A stretch of DNA of 40,406 nt. It comes from Pelolinea sp. (GTDB lineage Bacteria > Chloroflexota > Anaerolineae > Anaerolineales > Anaerolineaceae). A program made the translations under genes and the position numbers. Each line of letters begins with the position of its first letter. The stretch's first letter is position 1. Positions 29,860-38,920 of this stretch are shown here, piece after piece. The notes under the pieces are model-generated. The model did not search any database, was not told the DNA's origin, and saw only the letters and a list, made by a program, of their open reading frames with translations. The stretch lies in assembly GCA_030655835.1 (NCBI GenBank), contig JAUSPC010000063.1:1-40406 (forward strand), read 5' to 3'.

Positions 29860-30498
29860 ATGCCAAAACACCTAATATTAGTGGCAGGGAACATCGGCTC
29901 CGGAAAAACATCTCTCACAGAACGCATCGGCGAACGTCTCGGATGGCGCACTGCCTATGAATCTGTGGCTGATAACCCCTACCTACCCAATTTCTACAAG
30001 GATATGAAAACATGGTCTTTCCATTTGCAAGTGTTTTTTCTTGGACATCGCGCCAAACAACATCAGGAAATGGCTTCCGATCCAAGATCTGCCATCATCG
30101 ACCGCAGCATTTATGAAGATGCATATATCTTCTGCCGCGCTTTGAATCACCTCGACAATCTTTCGGAACTGGACTACCAGACCTACCAGAATGTATTTAA
30201 TTTACTGATCCCTACCCTGCCTAAACCCTCGATGCTGATCTACCTGCGCTGCCCAGTAGAAACACTTATGGCGCGCATTCATAAACGCGGCAGGGATATC
30301 GAATCAAACATTTCCTCAGATTATCTTTCCCTTTTAGATTCCTATTATGACGATTGGATCGGATCTTTTGACAGCTGTCCGGTACTCACCATTCGCACCG
30401 ATGATCTTGATTTTGTTCATAAGGCCAAGCACCTGGATATCGTTATCCAACGGATCAATGACAAATTATCTGGAAAAGAAGAGGTTGTTTTCGATTAA
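29860..30498 (+). CDS. Deoxynucleoside kinase (dAK/dCK/dGK family)
   Basis: P-loop GNIGSGKTS, NPYLPNFY, DRSIYED, RIHKRGR. SD GAGGT favours ATG 29860. Candidate promoter TTGAAT-18-TATAAT at 29803-29832. Confidence 0.92.
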   Translation: MPKHLILVAGNIGSGKTSLTERIGERLGWRTAYESVADNPYLPNFYKDMKTWSFHLQVFFLGHRAKQHQEMASDPRSAIIDRSIYEDAYIFCRALNHLDNLSELDYQTYQNVFNLLIPTLPKPSMLIYLRCPVETLMARIHKRGRDIESNISSDYLSLLDSYYDDWIGSFDSCPVLTIRTDDLDFVHKAKHLDIVIQRINDKLSGKEEVVFD

Positions 30499-30662
30499 GC
30501 ACTTTCTGCTTTTAGATCTGATATTTTTTGGACTTTGAAGGTTTTTAATTAAACGAAACCTCATTTCTATGTTATTAAGGATCAAGTTTAAAATATTCGT
30601 AGTAGTAAAATTTTAAATTTCAATCGATCAAATATTTACATATTAATAAATATCAATTTTTT

Positions 30663-30691
30663 AGCAACCTTTTATAATTATTTACCGTATA
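30663..30691 (+). promoter_or_regulatory. Candidate ECF-type autoregulatory promoter
   Basis: AGCAAC (30663-30668), 17 nt, CGTATA (30686-30691). AAC/CGT architecture typical of SigW-like ECF promoters, immediately upstream of the ECF gene. Confidence 0.5.
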
Positions 30692-30706
30692 TAAACATAG
30701 AAAACA

Positions 30707-31312
30707 ATGATAGATCAACTCGCGCGCATGGATGAATCCGAATGCATCAAACTCGCCCGAAATGGTGACCAGGATGCATTCACTCAAATTGTTGAGACAT
30801 ACCAGCATCCGGTATACAATTTATGCTACCGGATGCTAGGCACACCGCAGGCCGCCGAAGATGCAGCACAGGAGTCGTTTTGGAGAGCGTACAAGAATTT
30901 AAAACGGTATGACATGAACCGGTCATTTCCGACATGGCTGTTATCTATCGCGGCTCATTACTGCATTGACCAACAGCGGCGAAAGCGGTTACCAGTGATG
31001 GATCTTGATGAGATCATTGAATTTTCCGCTGAAGATCCGGCTCCCAACCCCGAGATATCAATGACAAAAATCGAATTTTCAGAAGAGGTTCAACGGCAGT
31101 TAGCGCAGCTGAATGAAAACGATCGGATCGTGCTTGTACTTAGGTATTGGCACGAATATTCAGAAAACGAGATCTGCGAAGCGCTAAATATATCAAAAAG
31201 CGCGGTAAAAAGCCGTCTGCACCGGGCAAGAAAAAATATGGCATTGCAATTGACAGAAACACAAAGCGATTTGGCAATGGAAGGAAGGCACCATGAAACA
31301 CAAACAATATGA
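30707..31312 (+). CDS. ECF RNA polymerase sigma factor (SigW-like)
   Basis: Region 2: GDQDAF..VYNLCYRMLG..AEDAAQESF..F.TWL..IA..CID. Region 4: EICEALNISKSAVKSRLHRAR. Confidence 0.93.
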   Translation: MIDQLARMDESECIKLARNGDQDAFTQIVETYQHPVYNLCYRMLGTPQAAEDAAQESFWRAYKNLKRYDMNRSFPTWLLSIAAHYCIDQQRRKRLPVMDLDEIIEFSAEDPAPNPEISMTKIEFSEEVQRQLAQLNENDRIVLVLRYWHEYSENEICEALNISKSAVKSRLHRARKNMALQLTETQSDLAMEGRHHETQTI

Positions 31313-31835
31313 AAGCTGGATTTTAGATGAAGCTCCTCTGTCAGAACAACAGCAGTTGGAACTAAATGAGCATCTTGAAATATGTACAAACTGCCGCGTT
31401 TTGAACAGCAGTTGGACTGCGAGCAAGAAACTTATTTTGCAGTCTACATATCAAATAACAGCACCTGGGTTTGCTTCTAGATGGCAGAAAACAGTCATCA
31501 AAAATGAGCGGTTAGAAAAGATACGACGCTATCGATTAAATTTGTTTGGGTTGATATTGCTGGCTTTTTTCAGCTCAGTCATTTATTTGCTTGTTAGCGG
31601 TTCCTTTATGCAGATGTTTGCCAATGGCTTCACGACAATCTCTAAAATGGCTATCAATTTCACGATTGGTTTATCAAGTTTAGGTTATTGGCTCAGCCGC
31701 CTTCCAATTGCTGTACCAATTACCGCCGGTTTTATCTTCTTTGGATTGATCAACGCTTTCGTGATGGTTGGGATATTTTTCTTATGGAATCTTAAGCAAA
31801 GGAAACTTCAAACAAATGAAATCCATTTGGATTAA
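31293..31835 (+). CDS. Zinc-binding (ZAS) anti-sigma factor with two TM helices
   Basis: HxxxCxxC (HLEICTNC), APGF motif, two hydrophobic segments. Overlaps the sigma gene by 20 nt. Confidence 0.82.
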   Translation: MKHKQYESWILDEAPLSEQQQLELNEHLEICTNCRVLNSSWTASKKLILQSTYQITAPGFASRWQKTVIKNERLEKIRRYRLNLFGLILLAFFSSVIYLLVSGSFMQMFANGFTTISKMAINFTIGLSSLGYWLSRLPIAVPITAGFIFFGLINAFVMVGIFFLWNLKQRKLQTNEIHLD

Positions 31836-32772
31836 ACTCTTACCACTTATACTTATTATTTTCCTGTTCAGCGCATGCACAGAGTATGCGCCTATTTCAG
31901 ATTCAGGGCAATATGATGAGACTTTCCCAAGCCAATTCTTGTTAGGTGATGTCTATGTACTTAAAGATCGTGAAAGAATTGACGGAAACATTGCCGGGGT
32001 TGGCACAAAACTGATAATTGAAGAAGGTGCAACCGTCACTGGCAGCATTAGTCTCATTGGCGGTCAAATGGAGATACTTGGGAAGGTATATGGTGACGTG
32101 AATGTATTTGCAGGTACGACCTACATTCATGACACATCAATGATTGGTGGGGATATTAACCAGATCAAGCATAATTTAGAAATTGATCCCGGGGCGCATG
32201 TCGCGGGAGAAATAAACACATTCACCCTGCCCAATGAAGGAAATATTGTTGATACGAAAGAAGTGACCAATACGTTTGATTGGATTCGTCCTTCTGCATG
32301 GATCATTTTTGAATTCGTTCGTAATTTATCACTCATTTTTATCAATTTGCTGATCGTATTTCTTTTCAAGATCCCTACTTTAAGAGTAAATCGTACTCTC
32401 AAACATAATATGGCGGTATCCTGGGGAGTTGGGTTGCTTGTTTTCTTCGCATTACCTTTCGTTTCTTTGGTGCTTCTGATCTCAATTTGCCTCAGCCCGA
32501 TCGGCATTATCCTAATTCTCACGTTCTTACTCGCCAATGTATGGGCTTGGACTGGGATCAGTTTAATTATCGGTAATGTAATTACTAAATGGTTAAAATT
32601 AGATTGGGCTGAGGAGGCAAAAGTCGTCGTCGGAGCGGTTTTCCTTGGGCTGATCTCAACCTCGCTTGCATTTATTCCCCTAATTGGTCTGGCGCTAAAC
32701 GTAACAGTATCCGCGGTTGGGATCGGAGGAATAGTCCTCAGTAAGTTTGGTACATCCGAAAAGATCAGTTGA
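31816..32772 (+). CDS. Membrane lipoprotein with bactofilin-like (polymer-forming) beta-helix repeats and C-terminal multi-TM domain
   Basis: Start moved to ATG 31816. Signal peptide ends in LFSAC. Repeats IDGNI/VTGSI/VYGDV/IGGDI/VAGEI. About 5 hydrophobic helices at the C-terminus. Confidence 0.75.
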   Translation: MKSIWIKLLPLILIIFLFSACTEYAPISDSGQYDETFPSQFLLGDVYVLKDRERIDGNIAGVGTKLIIEEGATVTGSISLIGGQMEILGKVYGDVNVFAGTTYIHDTSMIGGDINQIKHNLEIDPGAHVAGEINTFTLPNEGNIVDTKEVTNTFDWIRPSAWIIFEFVRNLSLIFINLLIVFLFKIPTLRVNRTLKHNMAVSWGVGLLVFFALPFVSLVLLISICLSPIGIILILTFLLANVWAWTGISLIIGNVITKWLKLDWAEEAKVVVGAVFLGLISTSLAFIPLIGLALNVTVSAVGIGGIVLSKFGTSEKIS

Positions 32773-32780
32773 TGTGAAAG

Positions 32781-32816
32781 AAAAAAAACCATATGATTAT
32801 CTCACATGGTTTTTTT
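32781..32816. terminator. A/T-flanked hairpin, probable terminator of the ECF operon
   Basis: AAAAAAACCAT (32782-32792) pairs with ATGGTTTTTTT (32806-32816). Confidence 0.55.
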
Positions 32817-32889
32817 ATTTAATTCCCGTAAAAAGTATAGGTATAATCCTAATAACTCACATATTGATGACACTATAAATGAGGTTTGG

Positions 32890-35064
32890 ATGAAACAAAT
32901 TATTCAGAATATGAAAACTGGCGAAACGCAGGTAATAGATGTACCTATTCCAGTAATTCAACCTGGTTATCTCCTTATTCAAACAATCGCTTCCCTTGTA
33001 TCTTCAGGTACTGAACGAACGCTTGTATCTTTCGCGGAAAAGAATTTGGTTGGGAAAGCTCAATCTCGCCCTGACCTAATGAAACAGGTTTTGGAAAAAG
33101 CCAAACGTGAAGGGTTTTTCCCTACGATCAATGCCGCCTTCAATCGTTTAGATCAACCGCTTACATTAGGGTATTCTTCAGCAGGTAAAGTAGTTGAGGT
33201 TGGTACAGGTTTAACTGAGTTCAGCCCTGGAGATCGGGTTGTCTGTGCCGGTGGTGGATATGCGGTTCATGCTGAATATGCGCTGGTCCCAAAAAACTTA
33301 GTTGCCCGTTTACCTGATACTGTTGATTTTGAGAGCGGCGCATTTGCCACACTTGGAGCGATCGCCCTTAACGGTGTCCGTCTCTCAAGCCCTCAAGTTG
33401 GGGAGAGCTGCGCCGTTATTGGTCTTGGGTTGCTCGGTTTGTTGACCTCACAAATATTAATGGCCTCCGGTTGTGAAGTGATTGGAATGGATATAAACAC
33501 AGACCGGGTTAATTTCGCAGAGAAAACCGGTATGCAGGCTTTCTCAAATGAATTTGTTCACGGAAATTATGCGTCTTTAACTAAAGGGCGAGGATTTGAC
33601 CACATTTTCATCTGTGCGGATACTTCCTCGGATGAACCAATTGAAGTGGCGGGTGAGATTGCAAGAGATCGCGCTAATGTAATCGCCATTGGTGCAGTTG
33701 GATTGGATATTCCCAGAAAATTATATTATGAGAAAGAATTGACCTTTAAAGTAGCTCGATCATACGGCCCAGGACGCTATGACCATACGTATGAAGAAGA
33801 TGGGGCAGATTATCCGCTTGGGTATGTTCGGTGGACAGAGGGAAGAAATTTGGAAGCCATTGTGGGGCTCTTAAGTCGAAGAGAAATGAACGTAACTCCA
33901 CTAATTACCCATCATTTTCCAATCAGTAACGCTCAAGATGCGTACGCGCTTATTACTGGAGAACAGACCACGAATTACCTTGGCGTTATCATCACCTATC
34001 CAAACCAAGAAGATCAGCAGAAAAAAGAAAGTATTGTTTCCTTTTCAAATTCCCACGCCTTAATAGTCGACGGTAAACTCAATGTTGGCGTGATCGGCGC
34101 AGGGAATTATGCAAATGCAGTTTTCTTACCCGCCTTAAAGAATAATCCGAATATCATTTTGAATGGTATTGTTTCAGTAAAGGGATTAAACGCCCAACAC
34201 AGTGCGCGGAAATTTGGATTTTCGTTTGCTGGTTCCAGCGAAGAGTCTATTCTCAACAATAAAGACATTGACCTTGTTGCCATTCTTACCCAACACGATG
34301 ACCATGCCCGCCTGGTAAAGGATTGCCTTCACTCAGGAAAACATGTTTTTTGCGAAAAACCATTGGCGTTAAACAAAGAGCAATTAATAACCATCATTCC
34401 CGAATTACAAAAAAAGGTTCATCCGTATTTAACTGTCGGTTTTAATCGTCGCTTTGCTTCTTTTTCGAAACATCTAAAATCTTTTTTTTCAAACCGCACA
34501 GAACCGATGTACGCTAATTATCGAGTAAACGCAGGATTTATACCCACTTCTCATTGGCTGCATGACCCATTAAAAGGGGGCGGACGCCTGATCGGTGAAG
34601 GTTGCCATTTCATTGATTATTTGATCTTCCTTTTTGGGCAGACCCCCGAAAGTGTGCAAACGCGATCTCTTCCAAATTTAGGAAAATACACAAATGATAA
34701 TTTCCTCATCACGCTCATGTTTCCTGACGGGTCAATTGGTACGATAACGTATTTATCAAATGGAAATAAAGCACTTGGAAAAGAGTATCTGGAAGTATTT
34801 TGCGAAGGTAAAACGGGAATTCTGGATGATTTTCGAAAATTGCAGTTATTTGGAAAATCAATTGATAAAAAGCGAGCCTTATTCACGCAGGATAAAGGAC
34901 ATACCGCCTCTTTGAATGCATTTGTTAAAACCATCACACAGAAAGGCGAACCACCTATTTCATATTCAGAATTGATCTCCACCGCTTATGTCACTCTCGG
35001 CTGCGACCAGTCTCTGAGAACCGGACAACCTGTCAACATCGAAGAATTTATCCAGGCGAACTGA
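32890..35064 (+). CDS. Bi-domain oxidoreductase (MDR/Zn-ADH-like fused to Gfo/Idh/MocA)
   Basis: N-terminal domain SSGTE, LGYSSAG, VIGLGLLG, SYGPGRYD..YE..YVRWTE.RN. C-terminal domain VIGAGNYA, HVFCEKP, VGFNRRF, GGRLIGEGCHFID. SD GAGGT before ATG 32890. Confidence 0.88.
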   Translation: MKQIIQNMKTGETQVIDVPIPVIQPGYLLIQTIASLVSSGTERTLVSFAEKNLVGKAQSRPDLMKQVLEKAKREGFFPTINAAFNRLDQPLTLGYSSAGKVVEVGTGLTEFSPGDRVVCAGGGYAVHAEYALVPKNLVARLPDTVDFESGAFATLGAIALNGVRLSSPQVGESCAVIGLGLLGLLTSQILMASGCEVIGMDINTDRVNFAEKTGMQAFSNEFVHGNYASLTKGRGFDHIFICADTSSDEPIEVAGEIARDRANVIAIGAVGLDIPRKLYYEKELTFKVARSYGPGRYDHTYEEDGADYPLGYVRWTEGRNLEAIVGLLSRREMNVTPLITHHFPISNAQDAYALITGEQTTNYLGVIITYPNQEDQQKKESIVSFSNSHALIVDGKLNVGVIGAGNYANAVFLPALKNNPNIILNGIVSVKGLNAQHSARKFGFSFAGSSEESILNNKDIDLVAILTQHDDHARLVKDCLHSGKHVFCEKPLALNKEQLITIIPELQKKVHPYLTVGFNRRFASFSKHLKSFFSNRTEPMYANYRVNAGFIPTSHWLHDPLKGGGRLIGEGCHFIDYLIFLFGQTPESVQTRSLPNLGKYTNDNFLITLMFPDGSIGTITYLSNGNKALGKEYLEVFCEGKTGILDDFRKLQLFGKSIDKKRALFTQDKGHTASLNAFVKTITQKGEPPISYSELISTAYVTLGCDQSLRTGQPVNIEEFIQAN

Positions 35065-35071
35065 TCCACTA

Positions 35072-36991
35072 ATGGCTTCTCGACTCGTTCAAATTCTAAA
35101 AGCGATTACTCAATTAAATTTGTACGAAAATCTGAATTATCTCTACTATCAATGTGTATTCAAGTTCGGTTTTTTTCGATTACTAACTCGGAGAAATAGC
35201 CTTAACGATCGCTTAGTTGATAATTTATTTGAACCTGTCATATTTGCTTTTTGGCCGAATAAAGATTCAGTTTCCTTAGAAAAATATATCCCACAGACAA
35301 TTAAACAAGCCGATGAAATATTAACAGGGAATTTCCAGCTTTTCGGTATGACTAATACCGCAATTGATCTCTCACCTAGATCTGCATTACAACATTGGAG
35401 CTGTGGGAGATTACCAATTGAGGGATCTGAGCCCGTGGATATCAAGTTTATTTGGGAACCGGCTCGGTTCTCCTGGGCAATAAAACTTGCCCAAGCATAT
35501 TACCTGACACGCGAGGGTAAATACGCACAATACTTTTGGAAATATTTTTCAGAATTCAATGAAAAAAATCCACTAAATTTAGGCCCAAATTGGGAATCCG
35601 CACAGGAGGTCGCCCTTAGGTTGATTGCGTTGATCATTTCATTCAATCTTATGGAGGATGCAAGATCACTCACCGATGAACGGAAAAGGATCCTCTTGAG
35701 GTCAATAGCTGACCACGCAGATCGAATCCCCCCAACTCTTGCTTATGCGAAGGCGCAAAACAACAACCATCTCATCTCAGAAGCTGTTAGTTTATATACC
35801 GCGGGAATTTTCCTTTCAAACCACCCACATGCAAAAAAGTGGGAACGTTATGGTTTGAAATGGTTCAATCAAGCGATTCAAAACCAGATAGCAGACAACG
35901 GAGAATATATCCAGCATTCGACCAATTACCACCGCATGATGCTTATGCTTGCCCTATGGATGAATACTCTCTTGTTAGAAAAAGGCCGGAAATTGGGTCA
36001 AAAAACCAAAGAAAGACTTTCTCTTGCGGTAAATTGGCTTGTTGGTCAATATGATCATATATCCGGCAGGGTGTCAAATCTTGGACATAATGATGGATCG
36101 CATATTCTTCCCTTCAGTTCGGCCCCGTATGACGATTATCAGCCGATCTTAAGTGCCGCAAGTCGTGCATTCGCGAAGGAACCAGCTCTGCTGGCTGGTG
36201 ATTGGGACGACTTGTCATTGTGGTTGGGTATCCTGACAAAAGAAAAGCCAAATCTGCTTGTTCCCAAAGAAGCTACCAGAATAGGAAATAAAGAATCCTG
36301 GGCCTCTCTGCGTGCCGTTCAATACACTTCGCGGCCAGCGCATGCAGATCAGCTGCATGTTGATCTTTGGTATCAAGGACACAATATCACGCTCGATCCC
36401 GGGACTTTTCAATACAATGCCCATACCCCATGGGACAATGGGTTGGCTCGATCACTTGTGCACAACACAGTAACTATCAATGGAAAAGACCAAATGGTGC
36501 GTGGTGGACGATTTTTATGGTTGGATTGGGCGCAAGCAAAAATCTTAGAAAGCAATGAAAACATGATCTGCGCGGAACATTATGGATACAGAAAAATGAA
36601 CGCAGTCCACCGCCGCACAATTAATAAAATTTCCAATACGAATTGGGAAATTTCAGATCTTATTTATGGGGCAAAATCAACAGATGAAAAATTTAGTACA
36701 AAACTTCATTGGCTGCTCCCGAATTGGCCATTAGACTACAAGAATGGCTTATTTTCAATATCAGCACCCTTCGGGTCAATCGACTTACAAATCTCTACTG
36801 AGTCTGATATATTTTTGGGAATATCTAATTTATTTTATGAAGGAATTGCGGTTTTAGGAAAAGGAAGAGATGAACCTCTCTTGGGTTGGTACTCCCCCAC
36901 CTATGGGGTGAAAATTCCCGCATATTCTATTTTGTTTTCAATCGAAAAGAAATTGCCGATCTCGATCACATCAAAATTCACATTTTCTTAA
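35072..36991 (+). CDS. Heparinase II/III-family protein (cytoplasmic, polysaccharide-locus type)
   Basis: DIKFIWE.AR, NP..GPNW..AQEVALR, NNNHL, HSTNYHR, HADQLH.DLW..G..I.LDPGT.QY, HNTVTING. No signal peptide evident. Confidence 0.82.
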   Translation: MASRLVQILKAITQLNLYENLNYLYYQCVFKFGFFRLLTRRNSLNDRLVDNLFEPVIFAFWPNKDSVSLEKYIPQTIKQADEILTGNFQLFGMTNTAIDLSPRSALQHWSCGRLPIEGSEPVDIKFIWEPARFSWAIKLAQAYYLTREGKYAQYFWKYFSEFNEKNPLNLGPNWESAQEVALRLIALIISFNLMEDARSLTDERKRILLRSIADHADRIPPTLAYAKAQNNNHLISEAVSLYTAGIFLSNHPHAKKWERYGLKWFNQAIQNQIADNGEYIQHSTNYHRMMLMLALWMNTLLLEKGRKLGQKTKERLSLAVNWLVGQYDHISGRVSNLGHNDGSHILPFSSAPYDDYQPILSAASRAFAKEPALLAGDWDDLSLWLGILTKEKPNLLVPKEATRIGNKESWASLRAVQYTSRPAHADQLHVDLWYQGHNITLDPGTFQYNAHTPWDNGLARSLVHNTVTINGKDQMVRGGRFLWLDWAQAKILESNENMICAEHYGYRKMNAVHRRTINKISNTNWEISDLIYGAKSTDEKFSTKLHWLLPNWPLDYKNGLFSISAPFGSIDLQISTESDIFLGISNLFYEGIAVLGKGRDEPLLGWYSPTYGVKIPAYSILFSIEKKLPISITSKFTFS

Positions 36992-37009
36992 ATCAATTAA
37001 AATCATCAT

Positions 37010-38221
37010 ATGCATATCCTACTTATTCACCAAGCATTTACCGCAATCAATGAACCCGGTGGCACTCGCCATCACGAATTTGCGAGATTTCTTGCTGAAT
37101 CAGGGCATAAAGTCAGCATCATCGCCAGCCCGGTCAGTTATTTGACTGGTAAAAAAAATCAAAACCGCGATGTTGGATTTGATATGGAAGGTAAGATTAC
37201 AATCTATCGGGCTTATACGTATCCAGCTCTGCATAAGAGTTTCATTCACCGTTTATTTAGTTTTATTTCTTTTATGGTCTCTTCTTTCATAATTTCATTA
37301 AAAATTAAGAAAGTGGATCTGGTCTGGGGAACATCCCCTCCAATTTTTCAAAGTTTTACCGCATGGATCATTTCAAAATTAAAAAGAATCCCTTTTCTCC
37401 TCGAGGTCAGAGATTTATGGCCAGCTTTCGCTGTGGCGGTTGGAGTGCTTAACAATAAGATACTCATCAGATTATCTCTTTGGCTGGAAAGATTTCTTTA
37501 TCACAGAGCCGACAAACTAATTGTCAATTCTCCAGGGTTTATTAACCATATTGAAACCAAAGGTGGAGCGAACATCTCATTGATCCCAAACGGAGCGGAC
37601 CCTGATGCTTTTATTACAGTCAATCCCGAACTTTCAAGAAAAAAACTGGGTTGGTCAGAAGACTTTGTCTTTCTGTACGCTGGGGCTCATGGCATGTCTA
37701 ATGATCTTCCGGTTATCATTCAGGCAGCCAAGCTCATTGAACCCAATAATAAAATAAAATTTGTTTTTATAGGCGATGGGAAAGAAAAAAACAACCTAAT
37801 TGTCTTGGCAGAATCACTGGACCTGACCAATGTAGAGTTTATTGATCCTGTCCCAAAAAACGAGATCTCTGAATATTTACTGGCATCGGATGTCTGTGTC
37901 GCCATTTTAAAACCAATCGAATTATATAAAACGACTTTCCCCAATAAAGTGTTTGATTATATGGCAGTTGGCAAACCAATTCTATTAGCCATTGATGGAG
38001 TTATTCGAGATGTGGTTGAATCTGCCGGCTGCGGTTTATTTTGCCAACCGGGTGACCCACATGCTTTTGCAGACACGGCAATCCGGATGTATAACGAACG
38101 CGATCAAATGGAAAAAATGGGCTCACGAGGTAAAACATATCTTGAACAGAATTTTGATCGAAAAATTATCGCAAAACAGTTTGTTGATATGATTAAGCAA
38201 ATAGTAGTAAAAAATGGCTGA
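37010..38221 (+). CDS. Glycosyltransferase family 4 (WbuB-like)
   Basis: [44 protein letters not shown]. Confidence 0.9.
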   Translation: MHILLIHQAFTAINEPGGTRHHEFARFLAESGHKVSIIASPVSYLTGKKNQNRDVGFDMEGKITIYRAYTYPALHKSFIHRLFSFISFMVSSFIISLKIKKVDLVWGTSPPIFQSFTAWIISKLKRIPFLLEVRDLWPAFAVAVGVLNNKILIRLSLWLERFLYHRADKLIVNSPGFINHIETKGGANISLIPNGADPDAFITVNPELSRKKLGWSEDFVFLYAGAHGMSNDLPVIIQAAKLIEPNNKIKFVFIGDGKEKNNLIVLAESLDLTNVEFIDPVPKNEISEYLLASDVCVAILKPIELYKTTFPNKVFDYMAVGKPILLAIDGVIRDVVESAGCGLFCQPGDPHAFADTAIRMYNERDQMEKMGSRGKTYLEQNFDRKIIAKQFVDMIKQIVVKNG

Positions 38222-38915
38222 CAAAATATTAGTTGTTGAAGATGAACCCGTTCTCCAAGAAACCCTTGTGTATAACCTTAAGCATCAAGGGTATGAAGTG
38301 GATACTGCAAATAACGGCCAAGCAGCGATAGATAAAGCAAAGGAAATCAACCCCGATCTCATTCTTTTAGATATCATGCTTCCCGGATTAGATGGATTTG
38401 ATGTCTGTCGAATTCTCCGTAAAGATATGAACGTACCAATCCTGATGTTAACCGCACGCGACGATGAAATTGACCGAGTAGTTGGGCTTGAAGTAGGTGC
38501 GGATGATTATTTAACAAAACCCTTCAGCATGCGGGAATTAATTGCCAGAGTAAAAGCCTTGTTGCGAAGAGTACATTCGATGCAATCATTGAATACCCAG
38601 GAAGATGCAACGAACATCATTTTACAATTCAACAACCTGATCATTGATGAAACACGCCATGAAGTGAAAATTGATGACCAGCCGTTGGACCTGAAACCTA
38701 AGGAATATGATCTCTTGCTTTATCTAGCCAATCACAAGGGACATGTATTATCCCGGGAAAAAATGCTCAAAGATGTGTGGGGATGGAATTATTTCGGTGG
38801 CAGTCGCACAGTTGATGTTCATGTACGCTGGCTGCGGGAGAAAATTGAAGACAATCCCGCTGACCCCGTGCGGATAATCACCATTAGAAGCGTGGGGTAT
38901 CGGTTTGAAGGCTAG
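38214..38915 (+). CDS. OmpR-family response regulator (PhoP/PhoB-like)
   Basis: [27 protein letters not shown], winged helix with [15 protein letters not shown]. Overlaps the GT stop by 8 nt. Confidence 0.92.
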   Translation: MADKILVVEDEPVLQETLVYNLKHQGYEVDTANNGQAAIDKAKEINPDLILLDIMLPGLDGFDVCRILRKDMNVPILMLTARDDEIDRVVGLEVGADDYLTKPFSMRELIARVKALLRRVHSMQSLNTQEDATNIILQFNNLIIDETRHEVKIDDQPLDLKPKEYDLLLYLANHKGHVLSREKMLKDVWGWNYFGGSRTVDVHVRWLREKIEDNPADPVRIITIRSVGYRFEG

Positions 38916-38920
38916 ATTAA

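Noticed and set aside
32127-32792. 221-aa antisense ORF opposite the beta-helix membrane protein
   Set aside because: Shadow of a hydrophobic coding region. No motifs, and its start lies inside the terminator hairpin.
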